A stretch of 63,615 nt of DNA, filler included, from Phoronis australis (Eukaryota > Animalia > Phoronida): NCBI GenBank assembly GCA_002633005.1. It is 6 parts of 6 records of this genome, joined end to end, with 100 filler letters (N's around TTAATTAATTAA, not from the genome) between each part and the next. Parts side by side here need not be neighbours in the genome. Positions count along the whole stretch, not along the records: positions 23,620 to 49,620 come from NMRA01000424.1; 5 more parts are not named here. One strand, written 5' to 3'. Shown here piece by piece: positions 25,200-39,049 of the stretch. How positions within the stretch are numbered: position 1 is the first letter of the stretch; each line of letters begins with the position of its first letter. Under the pieces are notes generated by a model. The model saw only the letters and a list, made by a program, of their open reading frames with translations, had not been told where the DNA came from and searched no databases. The position numbers and the translations under genes were made by a program.

Positions 25200-27616
25200 G
25201 TACAGTGGCAAAATACCTTGCAACACCCCCCTCTTGTGTTGACATCATGTTTACAAACAATGTGTTTCCCCCAATTAAGTTTACCTAACAAATTTGCTTC
25301 CCTCGATGAAACCGATTTCCATCATTGCTATGCAAAATGAAATCTGGAATGAAATGATGGGTTTTCCATAGGTTTAAAACAGAGACTTGTGAAGTTTTAA
25401 TTTGTTTCATGCTCTTTATAATCTGTTTGGATTGAATGTTCAAGTTTTCTCTTCAATCTTGTTTTTCTGTGAAACAAGTTGGAGCCTCCTGTAGATAACA
25501 AAAAAGATGTAAGTGCATATAAAATTGGCATTCACCATATCATATCCAAGCGTAGCAATGTTCATTAATGCAGTTTGACTAGAGATTTGAAATGTAAATT
25601 ACATTGTCTTACGAAGAACTGTTTATACGAAATAAGTACTATCAATAAGTAATGTTATGTCACCCGCCCAGTTTGTTACAACTGACTAAATTCATATCAG
25701 TAGTTCCCAACACATGGCAGTTTGGCAAAATACATGTAGCAGACTGACTTTCAGTCGAGTACATTTCAATTAGTTGATTTGATTTTGCATATTGCTGAAG
25801 GGAAATTAGCACTAATTGAAGAACTAATTTAACCACATTTTATAACAATTTTCATCAGACATAAATCGGAGACTGTTTCATGGATTTTTTTTCAAATTTA
25901 TTCAAAAGGTGATCAATTTTCTCTTCCAGACTGTTATGATCGCTGTAGATATCTACGCTTGCAAAACCCCGTACGATATATGTAGCCTGAACAACTTAGT
26001 AGACATTTCTGAGATCGCCCAGAATTGGTTTTACATGAACTGCCAGAGATTTTCCTGAAACTTTATGAGAAGCTACCCCTAGATACGCACAGTCGCCATT
26101 TTTTCTGACGCAAGCTTTGTTTGATCGACACTTGTTTCGGCAAGAAGGTGTCAACTATGGAAATTGTTGAGACATCTGAAAATAAAGAAATCAATATTTT
26201 TTACATGAATGTGACCGGCCTTAGAAATCGGGAACACCTTTGATATTTAAGATATACGTGTTAGTACTGAAGTAAAGCTGCACTGTTTTTTCGAATGTTG
26301 ATGTTTACTTACATAATTTCAACATGCTGATTTTAGCCATTTTCAATGAGAACACGAGTAAATGACGAATCATGTGTTGGATAATAAACCAGCGGGATTT
26401 ATTAGAATTTAATTAGATTGTTTCATACATTAAATCAAAAATTTCGTTTATTCATCGCTTAGCATTTAACACTTACAGGCAATATATCGCACCATAAATT
26501 ATCTCGCTACTAAGAAGCAATAATTACATAGCAGATGCTAGACAAACATAACGATTTGAGAACGTTAAGAGAATATGATGGTATTTTTTAATTTAGGGGG
26601 ATTGGGGAGGGGCTTTTCCCCTTCTGGTAACTTCTGCAAATTGGTTATTTTGCCTGGTGACAGCATTCACTTAAACTTGGTAGTGATCAGGCATAGGTGC
26701 AAAGGGTATGGGGAAAGATTGAATTTGGTGGTATGATGATTGTGGAGGTCTTAAGAGGCAACTTTTTTACTTAAAAATTACACAATAGGATCATACTCAT
26801 TCAGCAAGATATGTGTGTACAACAGTGTTACTCAAACCCATCCATAAAATGGACTATATTAAAATGTAACACTTAACTAGAAAACATGCCATGTTACATG
26901 TCAATAAGCTTCGGGACAGGTTATGAAATGGTCTCTCATTTGCCATTTGTGTAGAGTTGTGTAGTTAGTTCAGCAAAATTACTTTTCAATGTAAAGAACT
27001 GTTGGTGATGTTTGCTCCAGCGTCCAACCGATATGAATCCTAACTGTATAAACTATTTTCGCCATCAAAGATATGGGTTTTACAGATTAATGCGAACCCG
27101 AAGGTTGTCTTTCTTAAATAACACTCAATAAACAGGTGTGGAAATAAAAAAAAACTGTCCCATTGTACAAAATGTCATGCCACCATTATATGAGCATGAG
27201 CATTTAGGAAATGGACTTCATGCCTGCCTTCGCATATTTACAGATACATGTAGAACATTCTCTATGGAACCATAGCATTGCTACACAGGTTGGTGTTGAA
27301 GTGAGGTGTTACTGCGAAATCTTGCCACGTGTAAAACTGCTGGAGGTTGTAATTATTATATAAATGACCTAATTTTTTCTCAAATACGTATAAATAACAT
27401 TTTCATTAACCGTATTGCCAAATAATTATCTGACGAGTTTTTTTGTCTTTATCTGAAACTTCCCCCGTGGCCTTCATTTCAACCGTTGACACCTTCTCAT
27501 CTGAAACGAGCTTTTCTCAAATTAATGAGCTTCGAAAAAGGACTTAAATCGAATATTTAATAAGGTATTACCGAGACAATACCAAACTTGCAAATTTATA
27601 AAATCGACTATCCTAT

Positions 27617-27697
27617 ACACACACACACACACGTATATATATGTATATATATGTGTATATATATATATATATATTTATATACATATATATATATACA

Positions 27698-27741
<44 letters not shown>
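27617..27741. repeat. (CA)n/(TA)n microsatellite
   Basis: Read directly from the sequence. Confidence 0.95.
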
Positions 27742-27743
<2 letters not shown>

Positions 27744-29074
27744 TTAGACCGACCAAACGAAGCACGTATGTATGTATGTATGGTATACTCAACTGTAACC
27801 GTCCTTTGAGTGGCCTGTCCTAGGATATACCACTATAGCCGTTCAGCCTTTCTTTTGAGTGGTCTATCATATATACATATACATAATATATCAAGAGCCT
27901 GACCGCAATTAGCTACACGTCTTCATGTGAAGCGGTCAGTGTGCAGGACACCTCATAAAGAAACATTTATTTCAAAAAGGTGCGGATTTCAGATCATGAT
28001 CCACTTGTCAATATTCTGAGACAGAAATATACTAGTCATTTACTGTTGAACATTTTATATTTTTCAATGTTTAGTGAAACAATCTTTTCAGACACTGACT
28101 GCGTCATCTTTGACAGTGCCCACTGAAGCAATGGTAAATGTCTACCACACACCATAATAGGTGTGAGCGTCTTAAATGTAGGTGAATATAGTTTTCATGA
28201 AAAACGAAAAATAATTGTCCATGATGTTAATTATGTAACACAATATGCAGAAAGCTTATCAAACAAGTGAAATCAAACAGGAAAACAACATTTAGTTATT
28301 ACTGAATGAGGTCAGTTCAATGGTTTTACAAAGCTTTGAAATAAACTTGAGAATGTAAGTTCAATGTTCCATTTTGTCAAACCGAAGCTTCAGTTACTTA
28401 ATTTTAATCGCATAATTTGACTTGTTTTCTCAGAGTGTCTTTCACCCAAAGCATTCAAAAACATATGCAAAGCATTGTCCTTATATCTAAACGGTTTAAC
28501 AAACTTGAGCGACTCAATTTCAAAATGTTTGTCTACAAAAGCTGTACCAATCAAAGGAATCCATGTTGTCTACGGCATGTAAGCTTTTGCCTAGAAGGTG
28601 CATCGCTTTCAACCAAAAATTAAGAAACAAGCCGAAATACAGACCAACTTCAACTTGAAAATCAAGATTTTCAGACTAACCTATTTGTTTACTACACTGA
28701 CGCTTTTACTTAGACATTTCGGATTCCATGCATACAGGCTCTACTTCCGAAGTTCATGCCATCACTGATACAATGAATGGAATGTGTTCAAAATTCAAGT
28801 ATCCAAAGAAAATGATTTAAAATTAACACTTTTAACGAGGCCATTTACTTCCTTAATCACTCTGATCAATATTTTAACAGTATTGTTGATATTGTTACAT
28901 AAACATAAAAACAAAATAGATAGTTGCAAATATATGTATACCAGCCAAATTTTCACAACCTTTACTATTTTAAGCTTAAATCTTGGAACATTTCGAATTC
29001 GTGGCGGAATATCTAGGCCACGGTATTAAAGGCGATCTTAGTTTTCAGGATCATCCTGATCATATAGAAATATT

Positions 29075-29416
29075 TACAGCACACATCACGAATTTTTGGC
29101 CGACCGGTCGGAAATTGGTCGACGACCGGCCGTCGACCGGTCGTCTAGCCGACCAACAACGGTCGGCTAGGAGCCGTCTACTGAGTCGCCTCTGTGGTCG
29201 GCACTTGGGTCGGCTAAGTGGTCGCCTAGCGTAGACGACCAATTCGGATTAAGCGTGTCCTTGGTCGGCAATTACCATTTTATGACTTAACGGGTGAACT
29301 TTGGCCAAACAAACATTTTACTGTTCGCTGTTCGTTCACCACTGGCAACTCAGGTCTTGACATCGGTTTATAAACTTTTGTTCAACTATTGAAAGGAAAT
29401 AAAATCGAATCAACCT
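29075..29416 (+). mobile_element. Second terminal arm of the same TA-CAG element family
   Basis: Starts TA-CAGCACACATCACG; inverted relative to 23620-23972. Confidence 0.75.
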
Positions 29417-30751
29417 ACAAATACGAAGTGCGTGACATTACACCAGCNGAAGATTGTCACAAAAAGTTTGCAATTTTTACGATCAAATTATTTGTAAAAA
29501 AATGTAAACACATTTTCTTAACACAGATGTGAAATGTAAAATATAAGAAAAGGCAAAATAGTGCATTAAGGCAGACGCAAGTCAGTATTCAAAATGGTCT
29601 GTCATATTTAATTTTACAAAGGTGTATTTGTTTATACACGTCATAAATCACTCTCCCAAATCATGACTGTTTGCACAGTTGGAAAGTTTTTCTACATATC
29701 GATTATTTGCTTTCAAAATGAAATTTATTGGAGAAAAATGGAAACCACTTCGGGAAATCATCAAATCCATTATAGGCCATTTTACCATGGCCACGCCATA
29801 TTAGGAGTGTTTCTCTGTACGTTTTCATGTGACCTTAATTATTGCTGTAATATGTATACCAGTTTGTGAATTTTTTTCCAAGCCACAACAAAATTTGGGA
29901 AAATTCATGTTACTGAGTCAAACGTTAAGAACAATAAAACACGTACTCTAGTGACTTACAATCCATATTCAGGGTTGGTACATGTATCTAAATGAGTAAG
30001 ATTATTGTTGTTAAAATGCAGGATGTACTGTAAGGGACAACAATTATGTACCAAATATACACTGTAGACACTGTCCAATACAAAAATCTGTCGCTGGACA
30101 TTTCAATATTGATACGAAAAGTGTCAACGCTAAGAGTTTAATAAATAAATCATGTCCACTGAGGTTCACAGTGAAGCCAGGCACAATTGTCTTGTGTTGA
30201 TCCATGTCATTATCTATTATAATGCAAAGGTGCTTGTACTTCATGTGTGTGACCTTGAAAAACGACATTTTTGCCTTCCTCCTCTGAAACAATAAAACTG
30301 ATAATTATTTCAAATTTCATGAACACTTCAAATCAATTCAAAGGGTGTAAAATCTCAAAATATTATACCTTGCCTTAAACTTAGTTAAAGTATGGATAAC
30401 TTTATTTCTAATAAAAATGTTTTTGTACTGATGGATGAATATTCTATTTGCCTTCTAATTACCGAACATCCGTCCCTAATCTACATGGGTTAGTGTTGTT
30501 ACAAAATCGGTTGTTTTTAGCTGAAATTATTGCATGTATTAACTAAAACTTAAGAGGGGTGTAAACGTTAGACGCAGAAATAAATGAGTGCTTTACGGTG
30601 GTTGGATTTGTTTGAGGTGGATGAGATCCACTGCTAGAATCTCACCAAATTAAGTACAGGGTCACGTGAAATATTTTTTACACATAGGTTCTTTCAGAAA
30701 TTGATACTTAAACTTCAAAAAGCGCCGTAAATAAACCACACCATGAATGGT

Positions 30752-30808
30752 AATAAATATGAATAAATATGAATAAATATGAATAAATATGAATAAATAT
30801 GAATAAAT
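30752..30808. repeat. 10-bp minisatellite (AATAAATATG)n
   Basis: About 5.5 perfect units. Confidence 0.95.
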
Positions 30809-31309
30809 GCTGTGCAACTACTAAGGAATTGTGAGTCTTTTGCACGAATTGCCTTGACTACATGTGACTTTATCAAATTTAGTTGCTTGCACTTTGTAGA
30901 GAGAATTTTTTGAAAAATAGCTTACCCATGGATGTACACGTTTAAAAGTCATGCTGCCTAGGATTTCCTTTGTCAGACTTCAATTTCGAGTTTAAAAATT
31001 CTGTGTGTGTATCGTTCATTAACTTGAGGACCATTCGTTAGTTCATCAAATTGTTTCCTGGCTTGATACTATATTCTCAGATGTACATTGCCTTACGAAA
31101 TGCCGTGGGCTCTGAACTTGTTTCCCAGACGCCAATAAAACTCAGTAAATACGCAATGGTAGCAATGGTGCTCCGCAAAATTGCAGAAGTTTTTGATCGA
31201 ACTTTAAGTAAGCATAACTGCGCTTCACACGCGCTCTAACTTGCTTAACGTTTTACTTGTGTGTGGAACATTTTTGTCAGAACCAATCAACGATTCTTGT
31301 TCATTTTAG

Positions 31310-31485
31310 CTGGTGATTATTGCTTCTCCTTCAACTGGAACATGAATGGTCTTGAGATTGGAAATCTGACACTGAGTATGGTGACAGAAAATGGTGAAGA
31401 GTCCACGCTGTTTCAAATGTCTGGTCATCAAGGCTATAAATGGCACAGGTCCGAAGTCGATGTTCTGGCGAAAGAAAATACTAAG
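31310..31485 (+). CDS. MAM-domain protein, exon C
   Basis: cattttag/...gtacga; GDYCFSFNWNMNGLEIGNLTL...LFQMSGHQGYKWHRSEVDV; phase 1 to 0. Confidence 0.9.
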
Positions 31486-33329
31486 GTACGAATTTTTTGA
31501 GCAGGCAAGAAATTCGATGCGGATTTTTTTCCTCCAGAAGCAATACATTATGTGAAATACAGCCCAAATGCGAGAGCGTTGGATTCAAGAATTGATTACA
31601 CGCCATCTTCCTTTGCATGAGGCACAATGTGTTTCTTCAGGCTCATTCCTCGTGAAAGACTCCGTGATGACGACAACGCCACAAACACAATTGAGCACAT
31701 GCAAATCCAACTTCGAAAAAAGAACAGACGGAATTCCCGTCTGTGCACAGAGCGACTGTCGGGGCCGTCTCGTGTGCCTGAGTCGGGAATTGGCATTTGC
31801 CGAGAACACTCTGGCTCCCTTGTTAAGTGCAGCGACGGCTTCGGTAGGACTTCGCGTACTCAACTTAAATTTTCACACATGGACAAACAGGCTCAGGCTC
31901 GGAACAGGAGTTCAGCATTTCACCACCAACTTTCAAGTGGTCAAAAATAGAATTATTTTATTGTTGGTCTGGCCACAAAATCTATATCAGCTGGCACAGC
32001 ATTCTCGAATGTCCAGTTACGCAATGTTTGTTAACAGGATTAGATTAGAGTGTGTGTCCTGTATAAACTCCACCAAAGTTGTCAGTCACTGAGCTGGTGA
32101 GCAGTCAAACCATACGACTTAATGAAGCTTGTTCAAATATAAGTAAAAAATAACTTTGGATGTTCAGAATGGTTTTATTTCTTTCACTACGCTGTGCATC
32201 AAGAATTTAATATTAAGATAACATAAAAATATCATTCAAAAATACTTTTCGTTTGTGTATCCACACACCTTAATTATGGTCACCATGTCAGAATAAATAT
32301 TGATTAAGTAATTAGTACGAATAGATCCATTTTAACTTGACCAAAAATTTGTGCATATGTACTTTTAAATCATGGGGTCAGACATTTTGACATGTATTTT
32401 AACGTCAAAATCTATTTTTAGATGGTGCTTACAACTTTGGGGTCTGGGGTCAAAGTACTCTAGAGATTCTAGAACATTCTGAGAACAAATTGTAACATCC
32501 AATAATACGAGTGGATATGATCATGTGGTTGTTATTAGCCAATCACTAAGTAAGTAGAATGTTATATTATGGGCTGAAATCAACAAGATAATAAGTTGCG
32601 CTATAGTAGTTGAAGCATAAAGACTTGCTACAATGTACAGAAGGAAATGTACGACAGAACCATCTCGTGGAAGATTCTAGAAAATATCTTGGCAAGGCCA
32701 AGGGTTAACGAACAGGAAGTAACTAAGAACTTGTCACTTGCATTGTGGGTAGTAAGATACTACCTGAAGTGTTGCGTCATCAGCCAGAGACGGTGACCAG
32801 CAAGAAGAGTCGCGGGTAGAAGAAATTGCCTGCAAGTGTTGCATCACCAGAGACGGTGACCAGCAAGTACACTGTCGCTATACAGTGTGTGTAGTTCGAA
32901 GATTCACCAACAGGACAGACATCCAACAAGTGGAGAGTCCTAGCTTGGATAGCAGATATGACATTTGATCGTTTTGGTTGTTTGATTAAAGTAATCTTTA
33001 AAGAGGGCGCTAGCGTAGTTACTTTTTGTAGTTGATTACTTAATTAACAATGGGTTTCATTTGTCTAATTAGGTGTTATCATATAATAAATTAATTACTG
33101 GATTTGATTATTCACTCTCCATCCAAGTACAATCTCAAAGCATAGCTACCTTTTAAACAAACCAAAATTCAATTGTCTGACGCACCATTTTCCCTTTTTC
33201 TCATATCGGTGGTTTCAACCTTTTCTGACGTTTTAGCAGCTCATCTTCTGGAGTTTGGCTGCAGCCAAAAATACACAGAGGCTTTTCACTTTATGCTTGA
33301 TGTTGACGCCTATCGTGTTGGGTATAGTG

Positions 33330-34906
33330 TAAGAAGTTTTACTGTGCTTTTGTAGATTTCTCGAAGGCATTCGATCGAATCCCACATAATTTACTATTCT
33401 ATAGATTGAAAAACATTGATGTGCATGGTCAAATTTTCAACATAATCCGCTTTACGTATAATAAGTTGCGCACTTGTGTGAAAACTCAAGATAGTCTTAC
33501 AGAGTTCTGTAATTGTACTGTTGTTACTCGCCAGGGTTGCATGATCAGCCCATTATTATTTGTGTTGTATCTAAATAAATATCTGGATCAATTGAGTATG
33601 AAAATTAATATAAATAGCACATATCTCAGCGAACAAGTGCCAAGAGTTAACTCCCTACTGTACGCAGACGATATGGTGTTATGTTCCTCTACAGCCTTCA
33701 ACTTACAACGTATGCTTAATTGTTTGGCAGAATTTTGCAAATCATGGGGTATGCAAGTAAACTTGAAAAAACTAAAGTGGTCGTTTTCAGAAGTGGCGGT
33801 CGCCTAAGACGATATGAGAAATGGTTTTACAATGGAACATTGGTTGATGTGGTTCCTCATTAAAAATACCTTGGACTACTTATTACTCCAAAAGTTTCGT
33901 GGACCAAAGCCATTAAAGCCTTATCTAGTCAAGCAAATAAAGCTGCCTCTGCAATTTGTATTAAAGCGAAACTGCCCCTGTCAATACCCCTTCACTTGTT
34001 CGATAAAATAGTTTACCCCTCTCTGTGTTACGACGCTGAGATATGGGGCTTTAAATAATATGAACAATTGGAAAATGCACATATCAAGTTTTGTAAACGC
34101 ATTTTAGGATTAGGCAGTTGTTGTTGAAACTCGGCAATTATGGGAGAATGTGGTCGATTCCCATTGTCTACAATATATTTTGTTTCTTGTTTAAAATACT
34201 GGTTCAAAATACTGGAGATGCCTAGTAATCGTGGGATAAAAGCTGCATACACTATGTGATATGCTATTTCAGTCAGACCTGATCTGAAGATCTTCCTGTA
34301 TTTGGGCAAGTTCTGTAAGGAAACTTCTGTCTGTGTATGGTTTTTCAGATTGATGGATTAATCAGGGAGTGGTAAATCAAACGTATTTCTTGACTGCTTT
34401 TTCTCAACGTGTCAACGACTGTTATTTGCAAGGTTGGCAATCTGATATCGAATGTAACGCAAAACTGCCTTACTATGTGAGGTACAAAACAAAATACCAT
34501 CCCACGTGTCTTTATCCAGTCTCTGACTCGATTGCGATGTTCAAATCATTCATTACTAGTGGAAAGAGGTAGCCACACAAATATTCCCTGTAAAAAAAGG
34601 TTGTGTGAGTTATGTAATTCGGGGTGTGTAGAGGACGAATACCACGTTGTGTTAGTTTGTAGTGCGTATCAAGACCTCTTGGTTAAGTACTTTAGTGATC
34701 GTTTTTGTCATTCTCCTACGACATCTAAATTTGATTCTCTCATGAGAACTCCAGATAGCCTACTTATTAAATTTGTCCATCACGTTCTCAAGCGTCATAA
34801 TGTATTATCCAGTTAGAAACGTGGCACCTAACAATGTTCTGTCTTGTACATGACATACTTGGGGCCTATGGCCATGTGTATATGTCCCAATAAAATCATA
34901 AATCAT
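33330..34906 (+). mobile_element. 5'-truncated decayed non-LTR retrotransposon (RT domain to 3' end, RTE-X-like), intronic
   Basis: FYCAFVDFSKAFDRI...RQGCMISPLLF...LLYADDMVL; C-terminal RCSNHSLLVERG...RLCELCNSGCVEDEYHVVLVC; AATAAA-containing tail; many stops and frameshifts. Confidence 0.9.
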
Positions 34907-35368
34907 TGAAATGTGTGTTACGCGGATGATTTGAAATCAAAAGTCATGTTCAAATATATGTTAAACAATATCGTAATACAACTACAGTTTTACAGAATTG
35001 TGGTAAATTGTGTCGGTAACAACGATTGCTGAAAGGACATGTTAAAACGCACACCACTGTCTTGGTTTCTATCTGAACTGGCTTAGTCTATGTTGCGTAA
35101 GCCATTGGAGTTGCTCAAATTCGACCGGTTAGGCAGACGTTGTGTTTTTTATGTAAATAATCCAGCAAATGCATGAAACATTTGAAAAGGTAAACATGTA
35201 CATATACTGCCAGTAAATAATTATTAAACAGAATATTAACTAGTGAAAACCAGCCACCACCTACTGTGTGCAAACGCAGACCGTGACCCCTGCGGAAAAC
35301 TCCGGTGGTATTAAAATCAAGTGTTACCATTGTTGTGGCTTGCAGGTTGTATTATTTGTCGATTACAG

Positions 35369-35536
35369 CTTGTCATAACGGGAACTAAAGGTATATCTTC
35401 GTTGAGCGACATCGCGTTGGACACTTTCGTGATGGGAACACAGCCTTGCCCCAAGCTGCTGTCGTGTGACTTCGAGGATAATACGATGTGCGGTTTTCAA
35501 AACGATCCAAAGGCAGAATACAACTGGAATCTACGT
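35369..35536 (+). CDS. MAM-domain protein, exon D (end of MAM1, start of MAM2)
   Basis: ttacag/...gtgagt; LVITGTKGISSLSDIALDTFVMGTQPCPKLLSCDFEDNTMCGFQNDPKAEYNWNLR; phase 0 to 0. Confidence 0.9.
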
Positions 35537-37927
35537 GTGAGTGGGTTTTAGAGCATGTGTGAACTTGTCCATATGTTAGGGCGTAAAACCATGACTTCTG
35601 AGACGGAAGCAAAATATTGCTCTTTTTTACAAATGGGTGATCAACTGAATATAGGGTTTGGAGAGAATCATATACGATAACAATCAATAAGTAATCAAGT
35701 AACCTTACCAACCATCTATGTTGATGTAAAATATATCGAATGCTCAGATGTTTCCAAATGACGTGCGGTTAATGACAACATGCACTTTGGCAAAAAATCG
35801 CATTTCTTGTAATACTTCCATTAGCGAAACATCTTGCAAACACGACATGCATCCAACGCGTATTCCTTGAGACGTCCGTCAGTCCATTTTACAAAAGTGG
35901 TTTAACAAAACCACGTTTAAGACTTAAACCTGGTTTTCCTAAACCTGGTCTAATTTCAGAAATGACTTGCATTTCACCAACATGGTTCAAGAGTCTAAAA
36001 GCCTGGTTTTGGTAGACCAGGAACCTGGATCAGTAAAACCAGGTTGAAAGTATTAAAGGCACCCGTCTATGTCGAGCTGGGAAAACCCAACAAAGAAACT
36101 ATTGAAGTGCTTCATTGAAACCTTGATCACGTGGGTATACAATGGCATACACTAGTAGAATCAGTGCAGACCGTTACGAAAAATGTCTAAAAGAGTTTCT
36201 CACGAAGAAAATTTAATTTCTGTGCCCAACACACACACATTAAAGAACATGCTCATGATATAGATGTAATATTATAAGTGCCAAAAATTTTTTTCCGTGT
36301 CATTTTAGTGTTTATTTTTCGCGCCAAAGGGGGGGCAAGACCATTTCCCGGCAACATTAAATCAGGGAACAGTGGAGAATCAGGAGAGGTTGTAGCCTGT
36401 CCAATTGGATCAAAAGTATCGCACCAGTTGATTGGCACCCTGTAATAATGAAAAAGTACATCTGCTTCAAGCGTGTACCCGGGACGGGACGAGTTTAAAA
36501 CAGTCTGGATGCAAGTTTCATGGCGTTGAAAGGCATTTGTACATGCATTTCTTGGAAAGGGACACTCACACAAATTACAATATCTTGTAAATGGTAATAC
36601 ATATACGCGCTAATCTTGAAGAAATGAATTTTTAAACATGTCTGGAGTTTCCAATGGCCCACTTAGTTTTTGCAGTGTTGTAATTAGTCACATTATCTAC
36701 AACGACTGCTGTTTTTAGAGAAAAAAGTACTGTATTTGCGATCATAGTTCAATTTCAGACACTTGTTTTNGCGTGAGCGAGGCCTTTAGCCTGGCGTGAG
36801 CCACGCGTTAGCTTATCTCCCTTTTGTACAGTCAGGATAATCACAAATGCTATTTGCACTCGTTGAAGGTGACTAGAACACAGTACAGTATCATGCTTCA
36901 AGAAGTGCTAGAATAACCAAGTTAGGAAATGTTAGAACTTTGACATGATGGGTAACACATTCCCTACTGTGTTTTAAAAAAATGGTGCCGGTCACCTATC
37001 TCACAACAACTGTTCTCGTGACCATTGTGCATTATACCGTGTGTGGATGTACTGAACTGGCAATTTGCTCAACTGGAAGCGGCAATCTTTAATGTGAGTT
37101 TCAACAATTTTTCGGAAATCCTAACGTGGAGCAAACGCCCAAATCTCAATTGGCGTCATGAACCAGACCTAAAGACTTAACGTCTCAGATGTATATATTT
37201 GCGTTTGAAAAAAAAAAAGAAAACGCAAAACAGACCGTTACAAACAATGATGACACACGTGTGTATTATGATGGAAGACATCAATTGTCTTCACGATAAG
37301 CCCAAGCATAACACTTGAATTCTTCACGCACTTATCCCAAATTCCGGCATCATGGGGAGAAAGTGAGCACGATCATATGACGAGTCAGACAGTGACTGCT
37401 TTTATTATTTTAGTGAGAACTACGTTTCCCGACATACTAAGGTGGTGGGACTTTGAGTAAATGAGAACGTGAGTCCAGTTGCGTGGTCTATTTTAGGGAA
37501 AATTAATTATATCCAGCTTTGATGAGTTTCACGGAGTCTGCTGGCATGTACATTAAACTCGACTGTGAACGGTGTAGAGGGTCACACTTGCCCGTCTTTA
37601 CCTCAGGCCACTAAAGTGATTTAAGTCTTTACTAAAAGGAGGAACAACATATTTGCATATTTGTCGATCACTTTCAATTCAAAATTTGAAAATGCCTACA
37701 CTTCTACCGTACTATGCTTACAATTAATCCAAAATAGCAGAATAACTAATCTCAATTTTCTGTTGTTTTGTTTCTTTCCCGAGTTTAAGGCAATCACACC
37801 ACATTACATTTTGGGAGCTCTCAAGCTCCTATATACAAAACATGTAGCTTGTTAGGTCGTAGGGCTAGACTTTTATGCATACGTATAGACATTTGCTTTT
37901 GGAACTTCTTGTTACCATTTTGTGTAG

Positions 37928-38027
37928 CCACCACGCCCGTGGTTTATGAATAATATAAAGCATCCTTTTATCGTATGCAAGGTCCTGTCATCTACACAAA
38001 CAGCGGCACTCGGGCAAAGTTTGCCGA
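37928..38027 (+). CDS. MAM-domain protein, candidate exon E (divergent middle of MAM2)
   Basis: Pyrimidine-rich acceptor ttttgtgtag and donor gtacgg; 100 nt gives the required phase 0 to 1; PPRPWFMNNIKHPFIVCKVLSSTQTAALGQSLP only loosely parallels exon B. Confidence 0.5.
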
Positions 38028-38255
38028 GTACGGCCCGATGCCACGTGAAGCGTTTTGAATAGGACGCAAATTTAAAATTATCACTAACCACGAATTGTGA
38101 ATAACATGTGCGCAACATGAACACAATGTTTTATCTAAGTTATAGTTTTGATAGTTTCCACAAAATCTAGCACGACCATACGTACCCAATACCAGGTGCC
38201 GCAGAGGTGTTTTCAGCCTTTTTGGAAAACACCATATCAAACAAAAAAATTTGGA

Positions 38256-38545
38256 GTGCTCCAAAGAAAGGTCAACAGCCGATCTACTGAAGTTCTTCCT
38301 CGTACGTAGCACTCTGCTGAGAACGCAACGTTTTCCAGCACTTCACGTAATAATGTGGCTGCGAATTTCAACTTTTGGTAAAACAATGTTCCCCATCTGG
38401 CGTAGTTTGGGCGGTTCATTGCAAAGAATACATCTAGCGTACTCGGGAGAATGTTGATATAACCACTGGAGTTCTCTGTGGGCTCGGTTTCCGAGAAAGA
38501 TGGAGATTCCACACAACTGATCAGTTTCGCCAAATTTGCCATTAG
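38256..38545 (-). pseudogene. Academ-like transposase fragment
   Basis: GKFGET...FFAMNRPNYARWG...FS/RTRKNFSRSAVDLSLEH matches the recalled FFA.N..NYARW and R....FSR...D..LEQ motifs. Confidence 0.6.
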
Positions 38546-39049
38546 TCACTGTGTGAAATGAAGGTAGTTGGCGCGCATACATGACGCAGACGACAGCAAA
38601 AGACGGCATTTCGATTGTTATTCGTTTTTTTGCAGTTGCATCAATTGACTCGTCCGAAAACAGAGGGACGCATTTTTGACTGGTAAAATAGGACAACAAA
38701 AAATCGAAATTCATGCAAACACAATGTGCCAACCGTCTCGGACGGGTTTTTAGGTTTTGTTTTTAATAGTGAATCATTTGGAATACTCTGCTGTTTTAGC
38801 ATGGTCTTGAGAGGTCGCTGCAATCTCAGGCGTGATGTTTGTGGCTTTTATGCCCTGACGTAAACACGCGGACCAAAATCTCTTACCTTGTGTATGCTGA
38901 TCTATGTCGTGGTACGGAGTCACTGGCTTTATTGAAGATTGAAGTACCTGGTTCCTCAATGTGATGCTTATTCAATGTGAATGGGCTTATAATAAATTTT
39001 GTTTCGACTCTTTATTAGTCTGATGGGGGCATTTTACCGTTGTGCAAAC

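Noticed and set aside
23620-29416. Composite transposon that captured MAM exons
   Set aside because: The element termini face inward toward the exons, so these are ends of two separate copies.
31568-32092. 174-aa ORF and overlapping ORFs, weakly THAP-like (RERWI)
   Set aside because: No C2CH motif or other recognisable domain; lies in an intron.
32491-33131. Possible solo LTR with an internal CCAGAGACGGTGACCAGCAAG duplication
   Set aside because: No convincing TSD and no second copy to define the ends.
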